64,000 nucleotides of DNA from an uncultured Candidatus Saccharibacteria bacterium (GCA_964554805.1 CAZKPX010000001.1:124818-188817); one strand, 5' to 3'. Shown: positions 48,256-57,535, counted from the stretch's first letter. Notes: generated by a model from the letters alone, not told the origin. Numbers and translations: made by a program.

Positions 48256-48807
48256 CTAATCAAAGCCAGGTCCATGCAAATCGATGCTTCGATTGCCGAG
48301 CAGGGTGTTGATACATGCGCTGCCAGCGCGTCGCACAACTGACTTAAGTCCAGACCAGCAGACTCTCATCCCTTGCATAATCAGGAGCCCGGTCAGGTGG
48401 AGACTGATGATGCAGACTGTGACAAAAGCCCCTTTTACAACTTCGACCAACAACTGCTGGAGTTGGTAGTAGTTGAGATGGCCCACTAAGGGCAGATAGG
48501 GCGAGGGCTGACTGACAGTGCTCGGCGCAGCTTTGTAGTCTAGCCAGCCGAGCCATCTGTACCCTAGATATAGCCAAGACGCGACTAAGCACCCGATGAA
48601 ACTTAGCCATAGTACAGCTACAACAATTCGTCCCAACAGGCTCAGCCGATAGACGAATGACCAGGAAATCATTTCAACGATCAAGGCTGCAGCTAAAATG
48701 ACCGCAACTGACCAAATGGTCAAGAGGTTGGCATCCGACACGAACCGGGTCAAGAATTGATCCAGACTGCCAGACAGGAGATTGATCGGAGTTCTTTCCG
48801 TTTCCAT
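48256..48807 (-). CDS. Hypothetical membrane protein (183 aa, about 4 TM)
   Basis: Hydrophobic ORF. A terminator hairpin (ACACCCCTG...CAGGGGTGT) follows at 48200-48240. Confidence 0.4.
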   Translation of the reverse strand: METERTPINLLSGSLDQFLTRFVSDANLLTIWSVAVILAAALIVEMISWSFVYRLSLLGRIVVAVLWLSFIGCLVASWLYLGYRWLGWLDYKAAPSTVSQPSPYLPLVGHLNYYQLQQLLVEVVKGAFVTVCIISLHLTGLLIMQGMRVCWSGLKSVVRRAGSACINTLLGNRSIDLHGPGFD

Positions 48808-48992
48808 GTGCTCTCTCCTTGGCGAGGCAGCAAATTAAGCTTGTCTAGGCAAAGTATAGCACAGACTTGGGTTAAGATTAGCTTGCTGAAGCTAAGGCAA
48901 AGTGTATACCTGAGTTGCTTCCAGGAGGAGCAATACGACATTGTACGAACCGAGAATAAGCTAAGCCATTGGACAAGGGAGGCAAATCTGCA

Positions 48993-49055
48993 CCGTACAA
49001 GATTTAATCCCGCGCGGCGCGTTGGGATTAAATCTTAACATGGTGCGTTGGGATT
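48993..49055. repeat. Palindrome plus direct repeat of GGGATTAAATCTT in a 470-bp non-coding gap
   Basis: AAGATTTAATCCC-GCGCGGCGCGTT-GGGATTAAATCTT-N13-GGGATTAAATCTT. Confidence 0.5.
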
Positions 49056-49274
49056 AAATCTTAACCTCACTTGCTGGTTCTTGCTTTCTTGGATATCTAC
49101 ATATAGCAAACTCTACGGGCCCCGCCTGTAGAGTTTCGGTTTTAGTAATAAAAAACAGCCCTGAGAGCCGTCATTCAAGGCTAATGATTAATCTTTTTGA
49201 CGACTAAATAGCCTAGCCCAGCGACTCGGTCTCTGAGCAATATCTTCAATGGCGGCTGATTCAGGTGGACTGGT

Positions 49275-49790
49275 CTACTGCTCATCTATTTCTGGCCGAT
49301 CTTCAAGAGCAAGGGGCTCATCCTCTAAAACACTTGGATCTTCATAGCTAGAAACGGTGAGATTGTGCTCGCCGGCCCACTTATGTTCCCCAAGTAATCC
49401 AACTTGAATAGTGCCACTACCATAAAACCTTACGCCAATAACCGTACCACTAGAAAGTCGATGAGAGAACTCACTATAGGATCCGCTTCTTTCCTTTTGA
49501 GCTTCGTTCCACTGATTGCAGAGTTGTGTGGCCTCTTGTGTATCACCACCTAATTGATCAATGGCGGCTACTAGTTGAGCAAACTCTGGGCTCAACTCTT
49601 GGAGTGTGTCTAAGTTACTCTGGGCGTTTTCTGCGAATTCTAGTCTGGCATGTTGGCCGTCGGGGCGCACCTTATTATTAGATGTTGCCTGCTGATAAAA
49701 ATCACCATCTTTGGTTGTGTCTGACTCCGGGCTTGGCATTTTGAAACCCTGTGGAGCTTCTGAACCTGGATTCTCAGCACTCATATACAT
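49275..49790 (-). CDS. Hypothetical protein (171 aa)
   Basis: ORF only. Confidence 0.4.
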   Translation of the reverse strand: MYMSAENPGSEAPQGFKMPSPESDTTKDGDFYQQATSNNKVRPDGQHARLEFAENAQSNLDTLQELSPEFAQLVAAIDQLGGDTQEATQLCNQWNEAQKERSGSYSEFSHRLSSGTVIGVRFYGSGTIQVGLLGEHKWAGEHNLTVSSYEDPSVLEDEPLALEDRPEIDEQ

Positions 49791-49903
49791 TCTCCTTGAT
49801 GATAAATAATTGTTTTAAGTATAGCAAATAAGATACTGGTTATCACCCAATAATACAAAAAGACGACTCAGTGAGTCGTCTTTTTGTTACCTATCGGCCG
49901 AAT

Positions 49904-52081
49904 TTATTCAGCCTGAGGTTGAGTGTCTGTTGGGGCGTCGGATGAGTCGACTGAATCAGGGGCGATGGCGGCTGATTTGGGGGCCTTGGTCGCTTCGGTG
50001 GCGGAGCGACGAGCGACAGGCGACGAGCGACGAGCGGGTGCTGGCTTGGCGGCTGCGCTGGCTGGGGCGGTGATTGGGCGGCGAGGAGTCGAGGTGCCGG
50101 TGCCGCGCATTTCGATGAGAACTGGCAGAACAATTGGGGTTCGGTCGGTTTCTTGCTTGAAGTACTTGCCGAGACGATCTTGAATGCGAGAGCGGATAGT
50201 TCCCCACTCTTGGTTCTTGGTTTGCGGATCGGTGATAACAGAGCGAGCAATAGAACGAGCTTCAGCCATTAACTTTTCGTTGAGACGAGCGTAAACAAAG
50301 CCGCGAGTTTGGACTTCGACTTCGCCAATCAGTTCTTTATCTTTGTTGAGTGTCGCACCGACGATGAAGACACCGGAATCGGCTAGCTGTTTGCGATCGG
50401 CAATGACAACTTCGCCAATGTCCCCTACTCCCAGACCATCGACCATGACGGAGGTATATGGGTGCTCTTCGCCCAGCTTGGCGTTGCCTTGGTTATCAAA
50501 GAGGACTTCCTGACCCGCGACAACCGTGAAAATGTGACCTTCAGGGTATCCCATTTTTTGGGCCATCTGCTTGTAGGCCTTGAGTTGACGCATCTGACCA
50601 GAGATAGGTACTAGGTATTTGGCTTTGACTAAAGCAATAGTTGTTTTGAGTTCTTCGGCGGCGGCATGTCCGGATACGTGAAGATTGTTCATAATATCGG
50701 AATAAGCGATGGTGGCGCCCAGGTCGGTCAGCTCGTCAATGATATCGTTGATGCCGCTTTCGCTACCAGGAATTGGATCGGCGGAGAAAATGACTTTGTC
50801 TTCCGTCTTAATGGTAAAGAGCTTGTGTTGACCTGATGTCAGTCGGGCTAAGGCCGAACCTTCTTGGCCATACGCACCAGTTAGAATGATTAATTGCTGA
50901 TCATCTGGGTAATCAGAGATAGCAGTATCGCGAACGACAACGCCGTCAGGGATTTGAGCATAGCCCAAACGTGTGGCGATGCCCATGACGTTATCAATGC
51001 TTCGACCAGCAAAGGCAACCTTGCGGTTGTAGCGCATGGCCACATTGATGGCTTGCTGCATACGGGTAACGTTGGAAGAGATGGTTGTTAGGAAGACGCG
51101 GCCTTTGGCGTTGCGCATTTCGGTATCCAGGCGATCTTCTACAACTGCTTCGGATGGGGTGTAGCCGGGTTTTTCGACACGTAGACAGTCGGACATGAGG
51201 GCCAGAACGCCTTCGCCACCGGCGCGAGCCAATTTGTCGACTTCGATAATAGTACCGTCAACGCTAGTCCAGTCATACTTGTAGTCACCGGTGTGGATAG
51301 TTGATCCAATTGGCGTCTTGATGACATAGCCAAAGGTGTCTGGGATGGAGTGGTTGACGCGGAATGGATTGAGGGTGAAATGACCGAAGGTGTATTCTTG
51401 GTCTGGCTCTATTTCGTGTAAGTCTAATTTGGCTCGGAACTCTGATAGTTTGCCTTTGATTAATTCAAGGGCAAAGCGAGGAGCGTAGATTGGAACATTC
51501 ATTTTGGGTGCTAAATAAGGGACAGCACCGATATGATCCTCGTGACCATGGGTGATAACGAGGGCCTTGATGCGATGTAGTTTATCCTTTAGATAGGTCA
51601 TATCTGGGATAACAATATCGATACCAAGCATGTCGCTAGAAGGGAAGCCCATGCCGCAGTCAACAACAATAATGTCGTTGCCATACTCGTAGACAAACAT
51701 GTTTTGGGTGACAAAACCATTACCTCCTAATGGTAAGACTTTTAGGACTGGGGCGCCTTCAGGATTGAAGGACCCTTGCTCGTTGAGAGACTGTTGTGCC
51801 ATACGAGCACGATTGATTGGCTGATGGCGATTGCGTCGGACTGGAGCGCCGCTGTTGGCGGGAGCGACAGGCGACGTGCGACGAGTAGGAGCAGCACCTG
51901 TACTACCTACGGCTTTGGGGGCTGCAGGTCGAGCAGTTGGGCTGGTAGCACCTGTTGGGGTGGTTGGAGTCGAAGCTGAAGTAGGAGCGCTTGGCTTTGA
52001 GCCGGCGCTGGCATTGATGCCATTGTTGGTCCGAGGACGGCCGCCTGATCTATTTGGGTTTGGTCGGAAATATTCTGACAT
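49904..52081 (-). CDS. rnj: Ribonuclease J (beta-CASP metallo-beta-lactamase) with low-complexity N- and C-terminal extensions
   Basis: VITHGHEDHIGAVPYL motif and a beta-CASP region. Ser/Pro/Ala/Arg-rich tails of about 130 aa (N) and about 90 aa (C) contain GCGACGAG repeats at 51860-51889 and 50001-50038. Confidence 0.85.
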   Translation of the reverse strand: MSEYFRPNPNRSGGRPRTNNGINASAGSKPSAPTSASTPTTPTGATSPTARPAAPKAVGSTGAAPTRRTSPVAPANSGAPVRRNRHQPINRARMAQQSLNEQGSFNPEGAPVLKVLPLGGNGFVTQNMFVYEYGNDIIVVDCGMGFPSSDMLGIDIVIPDMTYLKDKLHRIKALVITHGHEDHIGAVPYLAPKMNVPIYAPRFALELIKGKLSEFRAKLDLHEIEPDQEYTFGHFTLNPFRVNHSIPDTFGYVIKTPIGSTIHTGDYKYDWTSVDGTIIEVDKLARAGGEGVLALMSDCLRVEKPGYTPSEAVVEDRLDTEMRNAKGRVFLTTISSNVTRMQQAINVAMRYNRKVAFAGRSIDNVMGIATRLGYAQIPDGVVVRDTAISDYPDDQQLIILTGAYGQEGSALARLTSGQHKLFTIKTEDKVIFSADPIPGSESGINDIIDELTDLGATIAYSDIMNNLHVSGHAAAEELKTTIALVKAKYLVPISGQMRQLKAYKQMAQKMGYPEGHIFTVVAGQEVLFDNQGNAKLGEEHPYTSVMVDGLGVGDIGEVVIADRKQLADSGVFIVGATLNKDKELIGEVEVQTRGFVYARLNEKLMAEARSIARSVITDPQTKNQEWGTIRSRIQDRLGKYFKQETDRTPIVLPVLIEMRGTGTSTPRRPITAPASAAAKPAPARRSSPVARRSATEATKAPKSAAIAPDSVDSSDAPTDTQPQAE

Positions 52082-52084
52082 ACT

Positions 52085-52180
52085 ACTTTGAAGGAGAAAG
52101 GAGAGGGATCCGCCAGTTGGCGGAGTGAGAAGTTCTTTTTAACTTCTTTTTCTGTTATCTCTTTTCTCTTATTATTCTTT
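52085..52180 (-). promoter_or_regulatory. GA/CU-rich leader element with two short hairpins immediately 5' of rnj
   Basis: GGAGAAAGGAGAGGG, CCGCCAGTTGGCGG hairpin, and GAGTGAGAAGTTCTTTTTAACTTCTTTTTCTG. Confidence 0.35.
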
Positions 52181-52313
52181 CTGGCCGAAAATCGGCCTAT
52201 TACTTACGATACGCCATGAAGCGCCTGTGGCGCGGATATTGGATATGGGGCATAGACAGATATGTTAGTCTATGTCCAGGTTGTGGCGTAAGGTTATTCA
52301 AAGGGGCACTGAG

Positions 52314-53435
52314 TTACCAGTTGGGCAAGAACTGCTTGATGTTCTGGGGCGTTATATAAAACTGCTGAGCCTGACCGCTGACCATTTGCAGAGCGATTTT
52401 TCGAACAAGGCCATTAATAATACGCTCCATAGTACGAATGCCTGCGTCAAAACCGAGCGGACGGACTAGCATGGGCCAGACCGCATCGTCCATAACGACG
52501 GAACCTTGAGGAATATTAGCAAATCCCAACTGCCGTGGAAAGAGGTACTCTCTGGCAATATGGATCTTTTCCTCATCAGTATAGCCCGGCATTTGAATGA
52601 CTTCGAGACGATCAAGAACTGCATTGGCAATGCCGTTGGTATTGTTGGCAGAAGCAATAAACAGCACCTCTGACAAATCGAAGGGATGATCGATATAGTT
52701 ATCGCTAAAGGCGTTATTTTGCTCGGGATCCAAGAGCTCGAGTAGCACACCCATGATTTCGGCTCGAGCACTTTCAGCTGTTCGGTCAATTTCATCGAGC
52801 AGAATGACGGGGTTTCTGACACCGACTCGACGCAGGGACTTTATAATTTGGCCCGGTTCGGCAGATGGAAGACTCCGACCCTGACCGCGCAATTGCTGAG
52901 CGGTGCCCATACCACCCATGGGGATACGAATGAAGGGACGGCCCAAGCTTTCAGCCACCGAGGCAGCAATAGAGGTTTTACCAATACCGGGCAGACCGAC
53001 AAAACATAGGATGGGTGATCGAGCGATGCCTGAGGCTTGACCACGAGATTGCATGATAAGGACGGATAAATGCTCCAAAATGCGCTGTTTGATCGGCAAT
53101 AAACCGTAGTGATGCTGATTTAGAACATCTTGAGCATACCGTAAGTCTAATATATCCTGATTCCTCTTGGACCATGGTAGGGCTGTTACCCATTCCACGT
53201 AGGCGTAGACCTCCTCATAGAGGTTGAGATACCCAGTAACGCCGGCTGAGCGATTGAGGCGGCCGACTGTGCCTTCGAGACGAGCTTGTAGCTCGGGCGG
53301 CAGGTCGGCTCCACTGATTGCCTGGAGCATGCTTTGCAATTCTTGAGTTAAAGGTGCGTCAACAGTAGGAACCGTACTGAGCTGCGGCTCAGTTGGTGCA
53401 GCGGTTGACCCTTGGGGCAGCTGGGCAGAATTCAT
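52314..53435 (-). CDS. Lon-like AAA+ ATPase lacking both the N-terminal LON domain and the C-terminal S16 protease domain
   Basis: YVEWVTALPWSK...LDLRYAQDVLNQHHYGLLPIKQRILEHLSV, Walker A GLPGIGKTS, ILLDEID Walker B, LELLDPEQNNAFSDNYIDHPFDLSEVLFIASANN, LDRLEVIQMPGYTDEEK. All are collinear with Lon. The protein ends at the AAA/protease boundary. Confidence 0.7.
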   Translation of the reverse strand: MNSAQLPQGSTAAPTEPQLSTVPTVDAPLTQELQSMLQAISGADLPPELQARLEGTVGRLNRSAGVTGYLNLYEEVYAYVEWVTALPWSKRNQDILDLRYAQDVLNQHHYGLLPIKQRILEHLSVLIMQSRGQASGIARSPILCFVGLPGIGKTSIAASVAESLGRPFIRIPMGGMGTAQQLRGQGRSLPSAEPGQIIKSLRRVGVRNPVILLDEIDRTAESARAEIMGVLLELLDPEQNNAFSDNYIDHPFDLSEVLFIASANNTNGIANAVLDRLEVIQMPGYTDEEKIHIAREYLFPRQLGFANIPQGSVVMDDAVWPMLVRPLGFDAGIRTMERIINGLVRKIALQMVSGQAQQFYITPQNIKQFLPNW

Positions 53436-53446
53436 ACAAGCTTAGT

Positions 53447-53491
53447 ATACATGATTTTGCTTAGCAAAATCATGTATACTAAGCGCGACTC
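53447..53491. promoter_or_regulatory. Perfect 21-bp inverted repeat GCTTAGTATACATGATTTTGC-TTA-GCAAAATCATGTATACTAAGC between pnp and the Lon-like gene
   Basis: Seen directly. It lies 12 nt upstream of the Lon-like start codon and about 70 nt downstream of the pnp stop. Confidence 0.5.
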
Positions 53492-53561
53492 GAATATAGA
53501 ATACGGAATATAGTTTGATGAATTTGACTACAACCGATATTCTATATTCACTATTCTCCGG

Positions 53562-55655
53562 CTAGGCTTGCTCCGGCTTCGGCAAGAGGGCTTTGCGGGA
53601 TAGATTGATTCGGCCTTGATCGTCAATCTTAACGACTTTGACGTTGACCATATCGCCTTCATTGACGACATCAGTCACGTTGTCGACTCGAGCATGCTCT
53701 AGTTCTGAGATATGAATCAGTCCGTCTTTGCCTGGAACTAGTTCGACAAAGGCACCGAAGTCCATAACTTTGACAACTTTACCAATATATTCTTCATCTA
53801 CCTTAATTTCCTTGGTGAGATTCTGGATCCATTCGATAGCTCGCTGCAAACCTTGAGGATTGTCGCTAGCAATAGTGACCGAGCCATCGTCTTCGATGTC
53901 GATTTGAGCGCCGGTTTCATCAATGATTTGGTTGATCATTTTGCCACCCGGTCCGATAACAATACCGATCAGTTTGGGATTGATCTTGATCATCTGAACG
54001 CGTGGTGCGTATTGTGACAATTCAGGGCGAACATCAGTGATGGTCTTCATCATTTCGTTGAGGATATGAGCTCGACCAACCTTGGCTTGAGCCAAAGCTT
54101 CTTGGAGAATCTTCTGGCTAATACCGGTTAATTTCATGTCTAGCTGGAGAGCGGTAATACCTTTGGAGGTACCGGCTACTTTGAAGTCCATATCGCCCAT
54201 GAAGTCTTCGAGACCTTGAATGTCGGACAGGATGGCATACTGATCACCGTCAGTGATAAGCCCCATGGCAATACCTGATACAGGAGCTGTGATTGGCACA
54301 CCGGCGTCCATGAGGGACATGGTTGAGCCACAGACAGAACCCATGGATGAGGAGCCATTGGAAGAGAGGGTTTCTGATACAACACGAATGGTGTAGGGGA
54401 ATGACTCTTCTGAAGGGATAACTGGCACTAAGGCGCGTTCAGCCAAGGCGCCGTGACCGATTTCGCGTCGGCTAACCGAACCAATGCGACGGACTTCGCC
54501 AACTGAGTAAGGAGGGAAGTTGTAGTGGTGGAGATACTTTTTGCTTGATTCGCCTTCCATGCCATCAATGATTTGGGCTAAGGAGGTTGAACCTAATGTG
54601 ACGACTGACAGGACCTGAGTTTGTCCGCGAGTAAAGAGAGCTGAGCCATGGGTTCGAGGCAACACACCAACCTGTGTCCAGATATCACGAACCTGATCGA
54701 GGCTGCGACCGTCTACGCGCTTCTTTTCGGTCAAGACGAGCTGGCGGACAACTTGCTTGACAGCCTTTTCGACAGCACCGGACATTTCCTTTTTAGTAGC
54801 GCGATCTTCAAACTTGGCCAGCACTTCGGCTTTGAACTCACCGACCGCATCTTCGCGAGAAGTTTTGTCTGGAGTCAGAAGACTGGTGGCTACATGTTCC
54901 TGAACATACTGATTAATTTCTTTTTCAAGTTCAGGGTCAATCTTGATGGCTTCAAAGGCATACTTTGTTTTACCTGCCTGAGACTTAAAGTCTTCGATGA
55001 GACTGACTATTTCAGAGATTTGTTCATGACCAGCCTGCATGGCGGTCAACATCTGTTCTTCAGTTACCTGATTGGCACCTGCTTCAACCATGGCAATGGC
55101 CTGATTGGTTCCGGATAAGGTCAAATCGAGATTGGTGGCTTGGCGATCAGCAGCTTGAGGATTGGTAACATAGTTGTCTTGACCTAACAGACCCATTCGA
55201 ACTGCACCGACAGGACCTGCCCATGGAATAGAAGAGATACTTAAAGCTGCTGAGGCTGCAATAACACTTAGGATATCTGGCTCGTTGTCGCCATCAATCG
55301 ACAGGACGGTAATGATTACCTGAACCTCGTTATAGAAGTCTTTGGGGAAGAGAGGGCGGATTGAACGATCGATGATACGAGCAGTTAAGGTGGCGTGATC
55401 GGTTGGACGGCCTTCGCGCTTGATGAAGCGTGAAGTGTGAATTCGTCCACCAGCGTATAGACGCTCAGCATATTCAACTGTTAAAGGGAAGAAATCCATG
55501 TCTTCTCTGGCTGTGGCGCTACAGACACTGGCTAGAACCATGGTGTCACCATACCGAGCTACTACAGCTCCATCGGCTTGTTCAGCCATGCGGCCAGTCT
55601 CTAATGACAGGGTTCGACCGGCAATTTGACGTTCGACTTTTATTGTTTTATTCAT
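53562..55655 (-). CDS. pnp: Polyribonucleotide nucleotidyltransferase (PNPase); start at the internal MNKTIKVE
   Basis: Two RNase PH-like domains, KH domain (IGPGGKMINQI), and S1 domain (GKVVKVMDFGAFVEL). Confidence 0.9.
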   Translation of the reverse strand: MNKTIKVERQIAGRTLSLETGRMAEQADGAVVARYGDTMVLASVCSATAREDMDFFPLTVEYAERLYAGGRIHTSRFIKREGRPTDHATLTARIIDRSIRPLFPKDFYNEVQVIITVLSIDGDNEPDILSVIAASAALSISSIPWAGPVGAVRMGLLGQDNYVTNPQAADRQATNLDLTLSGTNQAIAMVEAGANQVTEEQMLTAMQAGHEQISEIVSLIEDFKSQAGKTKYAFEAIKIDPELEKEINQYVQEHVATSLLTPDKTSREDAVGEFKAEVLAKFEDRATKKEMSGAVEKAVKQVVRQLVLTEKKRVDGRSLDQVRDIWTQVGVLPRTHGSALFTRGQTQVLSVVTLGSTSLAQIIDGMEGESSKKYLHHYNFPPYSVGEVRRIGSVSRREIGHGALAERALVPVIPSEESFPYTIRVVSETLSSNGSSSMGSVCGSTMSLMDAGVPITAPVSGIAMGLITDGDQYAILSDIQGLEDFMGDMDFKVAGTSKGITALQLDMKLTGISQKILQEALAQAKVGRAHILNEMMKTITDVRPELSQYAPRVQMIKINPKLIGIVIGPGGKMINQIIDETGAQIDIEDDGSVTIASDNPQGLQRAIEWIQNLTKEIKVDEEYIGKVVKVMDFGAFVELVPGKDGLIHISELEHARVDNVTDVVNEGDMVNVKVVKIDDQGRINLSRKALLPKPEQA

Positions 55656-55671
55656 ACTTGGTTGTGGGGCA

Positions 55672-55763
55672 GAAATCAAAGGGCAAAAGGCAAAGGGCAA
55701 AAATGTGTCAAGTTATATTTTTGACTTTCATTTTTGACTTTTGCTTTTTGACTTTTGACTTTC
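55672..55763. repeat. AAAGGGCAAAAGGCAAAGGGCAAAAA / TTTTTGACTTTTGCTTTTTGACTTTTGACTTT inverted-repeat element in the pnp 5' leader
   Basis: Arms at 55672-55705 and 55716-55763. Same unit family as 44465-44640. Confidence 0.4.
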
Positions 55764-55880
55764 TAAGCCCCTTCTCCTTTAGGATAATGGATTTAATTCT
55801 GGATTAGCTAGAATATAGGTTAATTGCTCTTAGAATGACACAGCCTGCAGTTGAAGGCAGGCTGAGCAAGAAATTTTGAT

Positions 55881-56150
55881 TTACTGCTTGAGACCGAGCT
55901 TGTCGACGATAGCCTTGTATCGCTCGGCATCTTTTTGAGTCAAATAGCGAAGTAAACGACGACGCTTGCCAACCATCTGTAATAGACCACGGCGAGAGTG
56001 ATCGTCGCCTGCGTGCTCTTTAAGGTGATCGGTTAGCTTCTTGATCTTCTCGGTTAGCAGAGCGATTTGCACCTCAGGAGAACCCGTGTCTTGCTCGTGA
56101 GTCTTGTAAGAAGTAATGATTTCGGTTTTATGGTTCTTATTTAATGCCAT
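55881..56150 (-). CDS. rpsO: 30S ribosomal protein S15
   Basis: [46 protein letters not shown]... S15. Upstream of pnp as in the classic rpsO-pnp arrangement. Confidence 0.9.
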   Translation of the reverse strand: MALNKNHKTEIITSYKTHEQDTGSPEVQIALLTEKIKKLTDHLKEHAGDDHSRRGLLQMVGKRRRLLRYLTQKDAERYKAIVDKLGLKQ

Positions 56151-56275
56151 AGGTTTATTATTGTTCTGCGCTGAGGCGCTGCTTTGTCTATTGTAGCCCA
56201 CAAAAATATATGTGACAAGCCACTAACATGCTGCCGTATCTTACCAGATATAGCATATAGAATGCAACTATTTGG

Positions 56276-57517
56276 TTATTGGGCTTGATTGACTGCTGAC
56301 AAATCAGGCTGTTCGGGCGCATCCTCCTGTTGTTGTGCTGGAATTGGTGATGATGTAGGTTGGGCAGATACTTGTGCTTGTATCTCTGCTTGCACTACTT
56401 GAAGCACTTTTTGGCGGGCTTCGGCCAGTGTAATATCGGTAAGCCTAAATCCGGAGGCCAAGATATGACCGCCACCATTGAGCTGGCGGGCCATAGCTTG
56501 AACATTGATAGTAGGATCGATGGAGCGCAAGCTACCGCTCACTTCTCTATCTTCCTTTTCTTTAATTACGATGCCTACTTTGGCGCCTGGGACTGACGTG
56601 ATGTAGCCATTAACCAAGTTGCCCAATGTATCTTGATCGGCTTCAGAAGCGCCGGTTTCGGCTATATCTGCCAGCTGAACATCGGTGATAATAATGTCGT
56701 CGCTAATTGTTTCTATGCGACCCAAGACAAGTGCCCATAGTTTAAGGGCTGGAACTGACATGGTTCGGAATAAGCTCTGCATAAGACCGGCCAAATTGGC
56801 GCCACCATCTACAAGATCAGCTGCCTGTCGGAGACTGGCTGAGGTGGTGTTGCGATTCATAAAGGCAGAAGTATCGGATAGGAGGCCAGCTAAGAGGTTG
56901 GTAGCCATATCAGGGGTGGCTGGCTGCTCTAGTTCTGCAATAACATCAGCGACAACATGAGAGGCTGAGGCGTAATTCGGATTAATTACATTAAGCGTGC
57001 CAAAATTGTTATTATCGGCATGATGGTCAATATTTACCACAGGGATACGGCTGATCTGGCTGGCAAAGGTGATATACCATTGGCCGAGCAACTTGGGGTC
57101 AGCAGTATCGACGACAAAAATAGCGTCAAAATCTAGGCCAGTTTGAGAATAGCTGATTTGATCGGCGGTAATTTCGCCAGTGGCAGGGGTGAGAATCAAA
57201 TTAAATTTTGAATCTTCGGCGTTATAATTGATTTTTTCAATGGGGTTGGTGCCGAGGTTGATAGAGATAATAAGGCTCTTCTGTCCGACGGCGCTGCCGA
57301 CCTGATCAATGCCCGGCAAAAAAGACATTGCGCCTTGATCGAAGTCTTCGATAGCGACAACTACTTGCTTGCCGGCATTCTTTAGGGCTGAGGCTAATGC
57401 CAGAGCAGATCCGACGGCGTCAGGGTCAACATTAGTTCCGGAGGTGACGAGAACCCGCTCAATGGCAGGGTTATCGACCAGTTCTTTGATTTGTTGGATA
57501 GTTGTGTCTATCTGCAT
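56276..57517 (-). CDS. nrnA: DHH-family phosphoesterase (NrnA-like oligoribonuclease / pAp phosphatase)
   Basis: DHH motif (NIDHHADNN), DHHA1-like C-terminal region (GGGH), and a Gln/Pro-rich tail. Confidence 0.7.
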   Translation of the reverse strand: MQIDTTIQQIKELVDNPAIERVLVTSGTNVDPDAVGSALALASALKNAGKQVVVAIEDFDQGAMSFLPGIDQVGSAVGQKSLIISINLGTNPIEKINYNAEDSKFNLILTPATGEITADQISYSQTGLDFDAIFVVDTADPKLLGQWYITFASQISRIPVVNIDHHADNNNFGTLNVINPNYASASHVVADVIAELEQPATPDMATNLLAGLLSDTSAFMNRNTTSASLRQAADLVDGGANLAGLMQSLFRTMSVPALKLWALVLGRIETISDDIIITDVQLADIAETGASEADQDTLGNLVNGYITSVPGAKVGIVIKEKEDREVSGSLRSIDPTINVQAMARQLNGGGHILASGFRLTDITLAEARQKVLQVVQAEIQAQVSAQPTSSPIPAQQQEDAPEQPDLSAVNQAQ

Positions 57518-57535
57518 AAGATTTAAAAATAATGA

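Noticed and set aside
48808-49274. Looked for RNase P RNA, SRP RNA or tmRNA signatures (GGAAAGTCCGG, AGGAAGCAGC, GGGG...tag ORF) in the long non-coding gaps at 26000-26460, 48808-49274 and 61443-61880
   Set aside because: None of the conserved core motifs were found by eye. A covariance-model scan would be needed to exclude them.
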